Of a DNA stretch of 53,057 bases, positions 1 to 8,963 are shown piece by piece. Location: NCBI GenBank assembly GCA_945859975.1, contig CAMAPH010000018.1, positions 1 through 53,057 of the forward strand. The letters are read 5' to 3'. The DNA is from Chthonomonas calidirosea (lineage in GTDB: Bacteria > Armatimonadota > Fimbriimonadia > Fimbriimonadales > Fimbriimonadaceae). The notes under the pieces are model-generated. The model worked only from the letters and a program-made list of their open reading frames with translations. It was not told where the DNA came from and did no database searches. A program made the position numbers and the translations under genes. How positions within the stretch are numbered: position 1 is the stretch's first letter; every line of letters starts with the position of its first letter.

Positions 1-95
1 AGGTAGACCCCGACGCCCATGATAAGCACCGTTTGAGTAAAAACTACGGCGTAGGCCCCACCTTGTGAAAGCCAATCGCTTGCCGGTACCGTCAT
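1..95 (-). CDS. 5' part of a probable membrane protein, truncated by the window edge
   Basis: Reverse strand reads MTVPASDWLSQGGAYAVVFTQTVLIMGVGVY... from ATG at 95, open to position 1. Hydrophobic stretch; TATTCT -10 box 7 nt upstream. Not in the ORF track. Confidence 0.5.
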   Translation of the reverse strand, partial: MTVPASDWLSQGGAYAVVFTQTVLIMGVGVY

Positions 96-177
96 CTCTG
101 TAAGAATACTGGTTGACCACGCGCATCATCCGCCAAGGGGAATCCGGGAGAGGCACGGAAACAACGTGAAATCGGTT

Positions 178-201
178 TGAACGGATGAGGAAGTTAGCGA
201 C
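178..201 (+). promoter_or_regulatory. Possible ECF-type autoregulatory promoter (TGAAC-N15-CGAC)
   Basis: TGAAC at 178-182 and CGAC at 198-201 directly upstream of the ECF sigma ATG (211), resembling the AAC/CGT-type ECF consensus. Confidence 0.3.
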
Positions 202-210
202 ACCTACTTT

Positions 211-741
211 ATGAGCGAGCCAGTAAAGACTGCGGTGAGAGCCGAGATAGAGCCGACTCCGTTGGAGATGAGCGGGATTGTGCGCGAGCACTACGAGGTC
301 GTCTATCGATTCTGCGCCCGGCGCGTAGGACAGGACTGGGCAGCCGATGTTGCTCAAGAAACGTTCCTGACCGCGCAAAAGGCGCTTAAGCGGTTTCGGT
401 TCGAGTCGTCGCTCAGAAGTTGGTTGATTGGAATTGCACTGAATGAGTGCCGATCTCTGATCCGAAAGCGGAAGCTGTTTCCGCCGACGATCGAGTTCGA
501 CTTGCCAGACGCGAGCGCCTCGGGTCGGGAGAATGCTTGGATTGATCGAACCGCGCTGACGAAAGCGTTAAACGCGCTTTCGGATGAGCATCGAGATGTT
601 GTGGTGATGCACGAGATTGAAGGTTTGTCATACGACGAGATTGCGGCCGTAATCGGAATTCCGAGCGGCACGGTGAAATCGCGCCTGCATCATGCGTTTA
701 TCAATCTGAGGAAGTCATTGCGGGACGAGGTGAGGGGATGA
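211..741 (+). CDS. ECF-subfamily RNA polymerase sigma-70 factor
   Basis: Region 2 (AADVAQETFL...LRSWLIGIALNECR) and region 4 HTH (EIEGLSYDEIAAVIGIPSGTVKSRLHHA); 176 aa. Confidence 0.95.
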   Translation: MSEPVKTAVRAEIEPTPLEMSGIVREHYEVVYRFCARRVGQDWAADVAQETFLTAQKALKRFRFESSLRSWLIGIALNECRSLIRKRKLFPPTIEFDLPDASASGRENAWIDRTALTKALNALSDEHRDVVVMHEIEGLSYDEIAAVIGIPSGTVKSRLHHAFINLRKSLRDEVRG

Positions 742-1904
742 CGGAAAGAGAACTGAACCTAAAGGCGTTCCTGGATGGCGAACTTTCCGAGGCTGAGCAG
801 CTTGAAGTGACGGAAGCCTTGGCGGCCGATGAATCGGCAGAGCGGGAACTGCAAGATTTCCGAGAGCTACAGTCGGCATTCCGCTCCGCGATTGAGCCGC
901 CCGTTTTAGGCATGGAGCGGACGATGCTGGCTTTGGTTGAGAAGAAGCGAACACCTTGGTGGAACGGCGTCGGGATGAACGTGCTCAAGGTGGCTCTAGC
1001 GTTAGGAGTTGCGGGCCTTTTGCTCGTGCCGAACCAAAACGGAAGTCTTTTTAGTCAACTGCAAACTGCCGCAGTTCCGGCTACTCAGTCTGCGGTAGCT
1101 ACGAAGAGCGCGACGCTTGAGAAATCGGAGACGCCAGCAGCGGCTACGGCAAATGGGGACGTTTCCTCGAATGCGAAAGCTTTGGCGGAGTCGATGCTTC
1201 AACGAAACTCGGTGGAAAGCAAAACCGCCAACAAGATTCCAGAAATCCAGGGTCCTCCGGTCGATGTGAACCGGCTGAAAATGTATGCCGCAGAGGAGGC
1301 CCTTGCTCGGACAAGAGGGGCGACCGGAGCGGCAGGCGATATGGGGGCAATGCCTGCGGGGCCGTTGCCATCGCCGATGGGCGGAAGGCTGCGCCCGTTT
1401 GCCCCGGGCGATCCATCGGAATTGGATGCGAGCCGAACCTTGGATCAGCTCGTCCTAGCGGTTAAGTCGATCGCAAAGCAGTATCGGGCAACTTTGGTTA
1501 CGGAATCGGCCATCAGCGCCGGGAAAGGGAAGTCGTTCGTTTACAGCGTGCTGGGATCCAACGCTATTCCGTTCATCCGCCAACTTCGATTGTCGATCGG
1601 CCAGTTCGGCTCGGTGTCGGAACCTCGTCCGGCGGGGGCACAGTCGGCAAATCCGCGAAACTTGGCGCGACCAACGACCGCGGATGACATCCCTCTGGAG
1701 GATCTCGAAAAGGAGCTTCAGGCCCTAAACGAGCGGCGAGTGGTGTTGCTCACGGAGTTTTATGAGGACGCTAAGCCGGTCAAGGAGCTTGATATGCAGA
1801 TCGACGCGATCAAGAAGCGGATTGCGGACGCAAAGAAGCCGAAGGAACGGGAAGTGGCGCCGAACGAGAAAGTCATTGTCCAAGTGTCGGTGATGGGTAC
1901 TTGA
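738..1904 (+). CDS. Putative membrane-anchored anti-sigma factor
   Basis: ATGA overlap with the sigma gene. N-terminal LKAFLDGELSEAE anti-sigma helix, one TM segment (VLKVALALGVAGLLLV), low-complexity linker and C-terminal coiled coil. Confidence 0.75.
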   Translation: MTERELNLKAFLDGELSEAEQLEVTEALAADESAERELQDFRELQSAFRSAIEPPVLGMERTMLALVEKKRTPWWNGVGMNVLKVALALGVAGLLLVPNQNGSLFSQLQTAAVPATQSAVATKSATLEKSETPAAATANGDVSSNAKALAESMLQRNSVESKTANKIPEIQGPPVDVNRLKMYAAEEALARTRGATGAAGDMGAMPAGPLPSPMGGRLRPFAPGDPSELDASRTLDQLVLAVKSIAKQYRATLVTESAISAGKGKSFVYSVLGSNAIPFIRQLRLSIGQFGSVSEPRPAGAQSANPRNLARPTTADDIPLEDLEKELQALNERRVVLLTEFYEDAKPVKELDMQIDAIKKRIADAKKPKEREVAPNEKVIVQVSVMGT

Positions 1905-2497
1905 AGTCCGCTTGGGAACTTGACCTTGCCATTCTCAGAACGATCCATGTGGATTGGCATTGCCCGCCGCTTGATCTTCTCTTCACCATTTTCAGCTTTC
2001 TAGGTCTCGGCGGGGTTCAGGCGGCGCTTTGCTTCGGATTTCTATTCATCCCGAAGATGCGTCACTTCACAACGGTTTGCATTTACGTGATCATCATTTC
2101 GGGCCTGCCGGTGGCGCAGCTGATGAAGAAGCTGATTCCTCGCGATCGGCCGAGCAACCTGGCCTGGACCACGCCGCAGGAGGAGTGGCTGGCGAACAGC
2201 TTCCCGAGCGGACACACTTCGACAAGCTTCGCCGTCGCGACGATGATCTGCATTCTTCGCGGCAAGGAGGCTTCCCGGCTGGAGCGGATCGGATGGTTTT
2301 CGTTCGCCATTCTCGTTGCCATCAGCCGGGTTTATCGTGCGGTGCATTGGCCGAGCGACGTGCTTGCCGGTGCATTTGCCGGGATTTTTTCGGCCTGTCT
2401 TTTGGCATTGCTAGGGATGCATCGGCCAGATCATCCGATTCACGGCACCCTCACTCGATGGTTCCAGAAACTTAACCAAAAATCGCGGCGAATCTAA
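1901..2497 (+). CDS. PAP2-family membrane phosphatase (BcrC/PgpB-like)
   Basis: Catalytic motifs K-x6-RP (KKLIPRDRP), SFPSGH and SR-x5-H-x3-D (SRVYRAVHWPSD); TTGA overlap with the upstream gene. Confidence 0.93.
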   Translation: MKSAWELDLAILRTIHVDWHCPPLDLLFTIFSFLGLGGVQAALCFGFLFIPKMRHFTTVCIYVIIISGLPVAQLMKKLIPRDRPSNLAWTTPQEEWLANSFPSGHTSTSFAVATMICILRGKEASRLERIGWFSFAILVAISRVYRAVHWPSDVLAGAFAGIFSACLLALLGMHRPDHPIHGTLTRWFQKLNQKSRRI

Positions 2498-2508
2498 CTC
2501 ATTGTTCG

Positions 2509-2662
2509 TATAATCTGATTGAGAAAGCGATGCTTACCTTCGACTTGGTTCATTGCATACGTGCGCGGTGGACGCCCCAAATGGGCGACACCGCGATACG
2601 TGTGCGCTTGCGCCAAGCAGCCAAAAAGACCCGTGAATGCCAGTCAGTCACGGGTCTTTTTG
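2509..2662 (+). promoter_or_regulatory. Promoter and structured leader (candidate attenuator) upstream of the HNH gene
   Basis: TATAAT at 2509-2514; long hairpin 2555-2605 (8+7+5 bp); small hairpin GCTTG/CAAGC 2606-2618; 15-bp inverted repeat with U-tract 2622-2662. Confidence 0.6.
2622..2662 (+). terminator. Intrinsic terminator-like hairpin inside the HNH leader
   Basis: CAAAAAGACCCGTGA (2622-2636) / TCACGGGTCTTTTTG (2648-2662) perfect inverted repeat. Confidence 0.75.
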
Positions 2663-2748
2663 TATCTGGCCCGGGGCATTTGATGCAAAAGGTCTGGCAA
2701 ACCTTGAATCGGGCAAGAGTTACGGTGAGCGGAGCAGGGAACTAAGCC

Positions 2749-3303
2749 ATGGCAGCCCACGAAGTCCTTGTCCTGAACAGTAACTATGAACCGCTGAACG
2801 TTTGCTCTTTGCGCCGCGCAATGAGCCTGATGTTGCTTGGGAAAGCCGAAGTCCTCCAACAGCGAGACTGCCCGGTTTCCACCGCGTCTGGTCCGCATAT
2901 CGCGCCGAGCGTGCTGAAAATGCGCTACCAGGTTCGGCGACCAATGCCTCAACTCCGATTGTCTCGACATTCGGTGCTTGCCCGCGACAATTACACCTGT
3001 CAATACTGCGGGAATAAGGGACGAGATTTGACGATTGACCACGTGGTTCCGAAGTGGTGCGGCGGACCGCACACCTGGGACAACCTTGTGGCTTGTTGTC
3101 GGCGATGCAATCTCAAAAAGGGTGATAAGACGCCGCAGCAGGCTCACATGAAACTGGCACGCAAGCCGAAACGTCCACACTTCATTCCGTACCTGAGCTT
3201 GCCGCTGTACCTTAAGGCACAAGGAAAAGACGACTGGCGCATGTACTTGCCGTTCTTCGAGGAGTTTGCCAATGGGCTGGACTTCTTTGAGCTCACGGCC
3301 TAG
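2749..3303 (+). CDS. HNH endonuclease (McrA-like, HNH_5 type)
   Basis: VLVLNSNYEPL N-terminus; RDNYTCQYCG...TIDHVVP...GG...WDNLVACCRRCNLKKG; SD-like GCAGGGA upstream. Confidence 0.93.
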   Translation: MAAHEVLVLNSNYEPLNVCSLRRAMSLMLLGKAEVLQQRDCPVSTASGPHIAPSVLKMRYQVRRPMPQLRLSRHSVLARDNYTCQYCGNKGRDLTIDHVVPKWCGGPHTWDNLVACCRRCNLKKGDKTPQQAHMKLARKPKRPHFIPYLSLPLYLKAQGKDDWRMYLPFFEEFANGLDFFELTA

Positions 3304-3456
3304 AATGGCTGTATAGACGGTTCTGAACCGTTTCAGACCTCGGGAGAGTCCCGTAGAAATGGGATCGGCGATCAGTGGCCTAACGGTACACTGGTCGCCC
3401 GAGCAAGAAGCTCAGAGCGGTCTTATAACCAACCACGGATGGCAGGTTAAAACATA

Positions 3457-4749
3457 ATGCAAGTTTTGTCGATTCAAGGAGGACGCCGACTGTGTGGCGT
3501 CGTGGACGTCGCAGGTTCAAAAAATTCTGCCCTCAGCCTACTTTCGGCCGTTGTGATGGCCGAAGGCGTGACCATTCTTCACAACATTCCGGACATCGCG
3601 GACGTCCGTATCAAGGCTTCGATCCTTGAGGTGTTTGGGGCGAAGATTCAGTGGCGCGAAAACTCTCTGATCATCGACTGCACGGACTTGCAGAATGCGG
3701 ATCTTGACCAAGATCTCGCGACCAAGATTCGAACAAGCTTCTTCCTTCTCGGGCCACTCCTTGCTCGCCTGGGACAAGCTTCGATTCCAGCTCCTGGCGG
3801 CTGCAAGATTGGCGCTCGTCCGGTGGACTATCACATCAAGGGACTTGAGGCGCTTGGCGCATCGATCAACTACCATGCCGGCGTTTTCCACGCCACGGCA
3901 AAGCGTCTGAAGGGAACTAACATTTATCTCGACTACGCCAGCCCAGGTGCGACTCAGCATCTGATGGCAACGGCGGCCTTGGCGCACGGGATCACCACGA
4001 TCCACAACGCGGCGATGGAACCAGAAGTCTCTTCTCTGGCCGATTTCATCAATGCGATGGGCGGACGGATTGAGGGCGCTGGCACCAGCACAATTACGAT
4101 CATTGGCGTCCGAAGCCTCGATGGCGTGACCTACCGAGTCCCAAGTGACCGAATCCAAGCCGGAACCTACTTGGTGGCAGGGGCGATTACCCAAGGCGAC
4201 GTCACGGCGCGCGGAATTCTTCCTGAGACGCAGACTCCGGTCGTCAACAAGCTTCAGGAAATGGGCTTTGACGTTGAGGTCGGCGGCGACTACGTTCGGG
4301 TCGTGAGCAACTCCCGCCCAGAGCCGATCAAGTTGCGCACCATGCCGTTCCCAGGATTCCCAACCGACATGCAGCAGCCGATGTGCGCGCTGATGGCGCT
4401 CGGAACGGGTACGAGTATCGTCGAGGAAACGGTCTACGAAGGTCGTATCGGCCACATTCAGGAACTGAACCGAATGGGCGCATCGGTGACTCTCAGCGAT
4501 CGCACAAGCGTGATCCAGGGTGTGCCGAATCTGGTTGGAGCAACGGTTTCCGCCAGTGACCTCCGAGCCGGAGCAGCCCTTGTTCTTGCGGGACTTGCGG
4601 CATCGGGTGAGACCCACATCCGAAACGTCAACTATATCGACCGCGGATATGAGAAACTTGAGGAGACCCTAACTTCCCTCGGAGCAGACATTTGTCGCAG
4701 CGAAGTGGAAGAAGGCTACAACTTCCTCAGGACCGAAAACACAATTTGA
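3457..4749 (+). CDS. murA: UDP-N-acetylglucosamine 1-carboxyvinyltransferase
   Basis: GSKNSAL, PGGCKIGARPVDYH (catalytic Cys), PFPGFPTDMQ, DLRAGAAL, IDRGYE. Confidence 0.97.
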   Translation: MQVLSIQGGRRLCGVVDVAGSKNSALSLLSAVVMAEGVTILHNIPDIADVRIKASILEVFGAKIQWRENSLIIDCTDLQNADLDQDLATKIRTSFFLLGPLLARLGQASIPAPGGCKIGARPVDYHIKGLEALGASINYHAGVFHATAKRLKGTNIYLDYASPGATQHLMATAALAHGITTIHNAAMEPEVSSLADFINAMGGRIEGAGTSTITIIGVRSLDGVTYRVPSDRIQAGTYLVAGAITQGDVTARGILPETQTPVVNKLQEMGFDVEVGGDYVRVVSNSRPEPIKLRTMPFPGFPTDMQQPMCALMALGTGTSIVEETVYEGRIGHIQELNRMGASVTLSDRTSVIQGVPNLVGATVSASDLRAGAALVLAGLAASGETHIRNVNYIDRGYEKLEETLTSLGADICRSEVEEGYNFLRTENTI

Positions 4750-5765
4750 AACTGGTTCCAGAAATTGGTATCGACCTTGGTACCGCAAACATCATCGTTT
4801 ACCGGCGTGGAAAGGGCATTGTCCTTTCGGAACCCACCGTTGTTGCAGTCAACACCAGCAACGGTAAGGTCCTTTCCGTCGGACTCGAAGCGCGTGATAT
4901 GCTCGGCCGCACACCCGGCAACATCACGGCGATCCGGCCGCTGAAAGACGGCGTTATCGCAGACTACACAACCACCTTGAAGATGTTGGAATACATCATC
5001 AAGAAGACCTGTGGAGGCCCTTTCCCGTTCCGCATTCGCCCAACGACGCTCATCTGCGTCCCGAGTGGTGTCACGAACGTTGAGCGGCGAGCCGTTATCA
5101 TGGCCGCGAAGCAGGCCGGTGCAGGTCAGGCGATGGTCATCGAAGAGCCTATGTCCGCGGCAATCGGTGCAGGTTTGCCAATCAGTGCCCCGGGCGGAAA
5201 CATGGTCGTTGACATCGGCGGCGGCACCAGCGACATCGCCGTTATCTCCCTCGGCGGCATCGTGCTCTCGCAGAGCATCCGCGTCGGCGGAAACAAGCTG
5301 GACGAAGCGATCATCCGGCACATTCGTAATGCTTACAACCTCATGATCGGAGAACCTACCGCAGAGGAAGTCAAGATCAAGATCGGCAGTGCGTACCCCT
5401 TGGAGCAGGAGCTTCGAATGGAGATTCGTGGCCGTGACTTGGTCGCTGGTCTGCCGAAGTCGGTCGAGATCACGAGCGACGAAATTCGTGATGCGCTCGC
5501 CGAACCCGTTCGCCAGATCTGCGAGAAGGTTTGTCAGGCCCTGGAAATCACCCCGCCAGAATTGGCAAGTGATGTGATTGAGCGAGGAATCACCCTCACG
5601 GGTGGTGGAGCGCTTCTGCGCGGGCTCGATAAACTTTTGATGGAAATCACGGACATTCCGGTCCGAGTGGCGGATAATGCTCTCAACTGCGTTGCCATTG
5701 GCACCGGAAGAGCGTTAGAAGAGTTGGACGCCATCCGAGCCAGCGGCGCCGTCACTTCGCTATGA
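4746..5765 (+). CDS. mreB: Rod shape-determining protein MreB
   Basis: IGIDLGTAN, IRPLKDGVIAD, VVDIGGGTSD, LTGGGALL. Start placed at TTG 4746, overlapping the murA stop. Confidence 0.96.
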   Translation: MKLVPEIGIDLGTANIIVYRRGKGIVLSEPTVVAVNTSNGKVLSVGLEARDMLGRTPGNITAIRPLKDGVIADYTTTLKMLEYIIKKTCGGPFPFRIRPTTLICVPSGVTNVERRAVIMAAKQAGAGQAMVIEEPMSAAIGAGLPISAPGGNMVVDIGGGTSDIAVISLGGIVLSQSIRVGGNKLDEAIIRHIRNAYNLMIGEPTAEEVKIKIGSAYPLEQELRMEIRGRDLVAGLPKSVEITSDEIRDALAEPVRQICEKVCQALEITPPELASDVIERGITLTGGGALLRGLDKLLMEITDIPVRVADNALNCVAIGTGRALEELDAIRASGAVTSL

Positions 5766-6301
5766 GCATCACCGTCGCCCTCGCCATTTGCAGTGTTGGA
5801 CTTTCCGCCCCGCAGGCAGGTTCGCAGGTCGGCGTCAAAAAGCCCGCGCCGCCGGTTACAAAGCCCGTGGCGGAGCCGATTGTAACGAAGGCGCTCGCCC
5901 ATAAGTTCTTCACCAAGGCGGAGACGGTCATGCGGAAAATTTTCAAAACGTCGGGAAAGGCTTCACCGACGATAAAGCCCGGCCCGGCCCCGCTTACTCG
6001 TGCCGAGTTCATCACAGAGCTTGACCGGCTCAGGAAGGTTGTGGCCCCATTCGTGAAGAGCACACCGGTTCCGGTCGCTTACGATGCCTCTCGGCTAGCG
6101 ACGAAGGATCCAAAACTCGCGAGCCTAGTCAAGGGCGGATATGTTGCCAAAATCAGTCCCCTTGCGACCATGAAGGCGGACAAGTTCACCGCGAGCCAGT
6201 TTGGCGACACCCTCGGATTCTTCCTAGCCCGGGTCGCAGAAACGACGTACACCCCGAGTTCGAAGTGGACGCCGATTCTGCAGCCGAACGAAAGCTACTA
6301 G
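5762..6301 (+). CDS. Hypothetical exported protein
   Basis: ATGA overlap with mreB; signal-peptide-like N-terminus; Lys/Pro-rich; no family recognised. Confidence 0.7.
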   Translation: MSITVALAICSVGLSAPQAGSQVGVKKPAPPVTKPVAEPIVTKALAHKFFTKAETVMRKIFKTSGKASPTIKPGPAPLTRAEFITELDRLRKVVAPFVKSTPVPVAYDASRLATKDPKLASLVKGGYVAKISPLATMKADKFTASQFGDTLGFFLARVAETTYTPSSKWTPILQPNESY

Positions 6302-8184
6302 CCCTTTCGCAGCCAGACTTGCATGTGGCTTGGTCCGCGATTCGCCCAAGCAAAGTAGGGAATCAACGTGAGCGGCTTTGTCTCCGACTCTAGCGTCTCG
6401 GAACTCGCATAGAGCGAATCCGGGAACGCCTCGCTCAGATACTCGGCTTCGGTCACCAGGGCGGTGATTCCCTTCAGGCCGGCAAGATCGGATCGCGTTT
6501 CCTTTTCTAGGCCCGTATCAATGGCGGCCAGCTGCGGGATGGCCGGGTTGTCGATACTTTCTGCCGTGTAGATGAGCGGTCCCTTTGCCACGGCGACACG
6601 GCCGATGTTCTCTCGAATGCGGGGATCGCTGGCCAAGAACCGGTCGGGCATTTCAAATTCGACTTTAAGCTCGTCAGACGGGCTCCAGACGCGATTAAAG
6701 ATCATGTAGCCGTCGCGATAGTCTGCTGGCTCGTCGCTTGCTTCGAGGTCCGCCGTCACTTCCTCGGCCCAATCTGGAATCCGAATCGCTAGTTCAAACC
6801 TGCCTGCGACCTTTGGCGTGATCGATACGGTGAACTCTCCCGACCAAGGGTAGTTGGATTTCACGGTGATGGTGGCTTTTTCGGTGGTTACCGTGATGCC
6901 GATCGGCAAATGGATCGCAACGCCCGCTTCGGTTTCGCTGATGGCAAATTGCCCGATCTGGCCAATCACCCGCGCCACGTTTGGCGGGCAACAAGCGCAC
7001 GCGAACCAAGGTTTGCGCGCATGTTGTCCTCGGCTTTCCAGCGGGTTGTCGTAAAAGTACGATTTCCCATCCAAGGAGATGCCGGCAAGCATCCCGTTGT
7101 AGAGCGCAAGTTCGATCACATCCGCGAAGTCGCTGTTGCCGGTCGCTTCGAGTAGGGACTGTCCCCACAGAGCGAGTCCGCACGCCGCGCAGGTTTCGGC
7201 ATAGGCCGTGAGATTCGGCAGATCGAAATCTTGCGTGAATCCTTCGTTTGTGGAGCTGGAGCCTAACCCGCCGGTGACATACAGCCGGTGCTTTGCAAGG
7301 CTGTTCCAGGCGGCAAGAATCGCTTGTTCGAGTTCAGGGTCTGTTTTCTCTTTGCTCAGCTCGGTTGCCGCCGTGTAGAGATACATGGCGCGGACCGCGT
7401 GTCCGACGACCGTGGTGTGCTCCCGAATCGGAGCGTGGTCTTGGTAGTACTCGCCGGTGTACTCCGAGGTGCTAGGTCTTTGGTCTGGGTTTGGCGTGAC
7501 GCTCAGCGAGATCGGATCTTGAAGTTCGCTCTCGAACGGGCTGGGGCGAGAACCCCGCACTTCTACCATCCATCGCGCGAAGTCCCGGTACTTTTGCTCG
7601 TTCGTCTCATCCGCCAGTTTGATGAGCGCAAGTTCAAATTCCTCGTGTCCACAGTAACCGACGCGCTTGTCTGGACCGAAGATCGACATGACGTGATCGG
7701 CAAATTTGACGCCAACTTCCAGCAATCGGTCATCATGAAGGGCTTGATTTATTGCGACCCCGGCCTCAATGAGGTGTCCGCCGCAGTACATCTCATGCAT
7801 CATGTTGAGATTGCACCAACGCAAATCGGGAAACTTCAATTGGAAGTACGTGTTCAAGTACCCATCGGGACATTGCGCTGCGGCGATTAGACGAATCAGT
7901 TCGTCTAGTTTTTCGCGGATCTTGGGGTTAGATTGATGGGCAAGTACGTACGCACAGGCCTCGGCCCATTTATAGACATCGCTATCGTTGAACCAGAGAC
8001 CTTGAAATTCGCCTTTTTGCTCGGCCGCGCGGCGGAAGTTTTCCAGCCGTCCAGTGCTCTCCAAGTGTTCCCACTGGAGGGGAAGGGACGTTTCAGCTAA
8101 CACGCGCTGGCGATTAGACCAAAATGGATCAGTTAATTCAATGCACTGCAAAGGAATACGGCGCATCACCCGACGAAAAGGCAT
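6298..8184 (-). CDS. Glycoside hydrolase family 127 (beta-L-arabinofuranosidase-like)
   Basis: FNDSDVYKW, HEMYCGGHLIEA, GHAVRAMYL, YAETCAA, FACACCPPN motifs; TAAACT box 6 nt before ATG 8184. Confidence 0.93.
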   Translation of the reverse strand: MPFRRVMRRIPLQCIELTDPFWSNRQRVLAETSLPLQWEHLESTGRLENFRRAAEQKGEFQGLWFNDSDVYKWAEACAYVLAHQSNPKIREKLDELIRLIAAAQCPDGYLNTYFQLKFPDLRWCNLNMMHEMYCGGHLIEAGVAINQALHDDRLLEVGVKFADHVMSIFGPDKRVGYCGHEEFELALIKLADETNEQKYRDFARWMVEVRGSRPSPFESELQDPISLSVTPNPDQRPSTSEYTGEYYQDHAPIREHTTVVGHAVRAMYLYTAATELSKEKTDPELEQAILAAWNSLAKHRLYVTGGLGSSSTNEGFTQDFDLPNLTAYAETCAACGLALWGQSLLEATGNSDFADVIELALYNGMLAGISLDGKSYFYDNPLESRGQHARKPWFACACCPPNVARVIGQIGQFAISETEAGVAIHLPIGITVTTEKATITVKSNYPWSGEFTVSITPKVAGRFELAIRIPDWAEEVTADLEASDEPADYRDGYMIFNRVWSPSDELKVEFEMPDRFLASDPRIRENIGRVAVAKGPLIYTAESIDNPAIPQLAAIDTGLEKETRSDLAGLKGITALVTEAEYLSEAFPDSLYASSETLESETKPLTLIPYFAWANRGPSHMQVWLRKG

Positions 8185-8231
8185 TGCCGAAGTTTAGCAA
8201 AGCTCATCCCCTGTTCTTCGTAGCTCGTTTA

Positions 8232-8963
8232 ATGGAGCTCATCGGAGTGCGGGTGTTCTATACGTTCTTGGCTCCACCTTGGCACCAGCTGCCGAAGGCT
8301 TCTGGCTTGGCAAAAGGGGCGATCATGTCGGGCCCGGCGTACCGCAAGGGCGTCCGTGACTGTCGTTATTACGCCAGCGCCAACGCCATTCGTCTCGCCT
8401 CCTATATTCCGATCTATTTCGGCATTAAGGAAAACCCGCATCCACTTTCGGTCACGGTGCTCGCACTCTTGGTGGCCTTCCACGTGCTCTCCATTCTTGC
8501 GGAGGCTTACAAAGGCGTGTTGCTCTGGATCGCGATTCTCCACGACCGAGTGACCGAGGACGAAGCACAATCCCAGATTCCGGGCCCTCAGAGGCCGAAA
8601 GCGACCGGTTTGTTCGCTCCTTACTGGTTTGAGACCCAAGCGGGCTATATGCGCATCGGTCTAGAACATTTCCGAAAGCGCGTCGCGACCTTTGTCGATA
8701 GCTTGTCGGGCGGACCCGCGACCGAGCGATCTTCCCGTAAGGGCCTTTACAACTTCGTCAACGACACCATCGCCGCCGAGAAGATTCACCTGATTGCTTC
8801 GGCAATGGGTGGCTGCATGATGGTCCCGTTCATTGCGGAACGGAAGTTTTTGCTGGTTGGTTATATTTCTTTGCTTGTCCTCATGGACTTGTATCTTGCC
8901 TTGCTGCAACGATTCCATCGCACCCGTGTTTGGAAGGCCCTGCGACTCGACAAAAGCCCATGA
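8232..8963 (+). CDS. Membrane protein resembling the CrtO (glycosyl-4,4'-diaponeurosporenoate acyltransferase) family
   Basis: C-terminal AEKIH...TM...LLQRFHRTRV pattern. Start uncertain: 8232 chosen because 8124 overlaps the divergent GH127 start. Confidence 0.5.
   Translation: MELIGVRVFYTFLAPPWHQLPKASGLAKGAIMSGPAYRKGVRDCRYYASANAIRLASYIPIYFGIKENPHPLSVTVLALLVAFHVLSILAEAYKGVLLWIAILHDRVTEDEAQSQIPGPQRPKATGLFAPYWFETQAGYMRIGLEHFRKRVATFVDSLSGGPATERSSRKGLYNFVNDTIAAEKIHLIASAMGGCMMVPFIAERKFLLVGYISLLVLMDLYLALLQRFHRTRVWKALRLDKSP

Noticed and set aside
2749..3303. HNH gene as IscB/Cas9-like or as a mobile element
   Set aside because: Only 184 aa, with no RuvC or PLMP motif, terminal repeats, target duplication or array.
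3538..4617. 359-aa minus-strand ORF, and similar long ones at 9239-10102, 13055-13963 and 19103-19954
   Set aside because: All lie antisense to well-supported genes, as expected from codon bias in GC-rich DNA.
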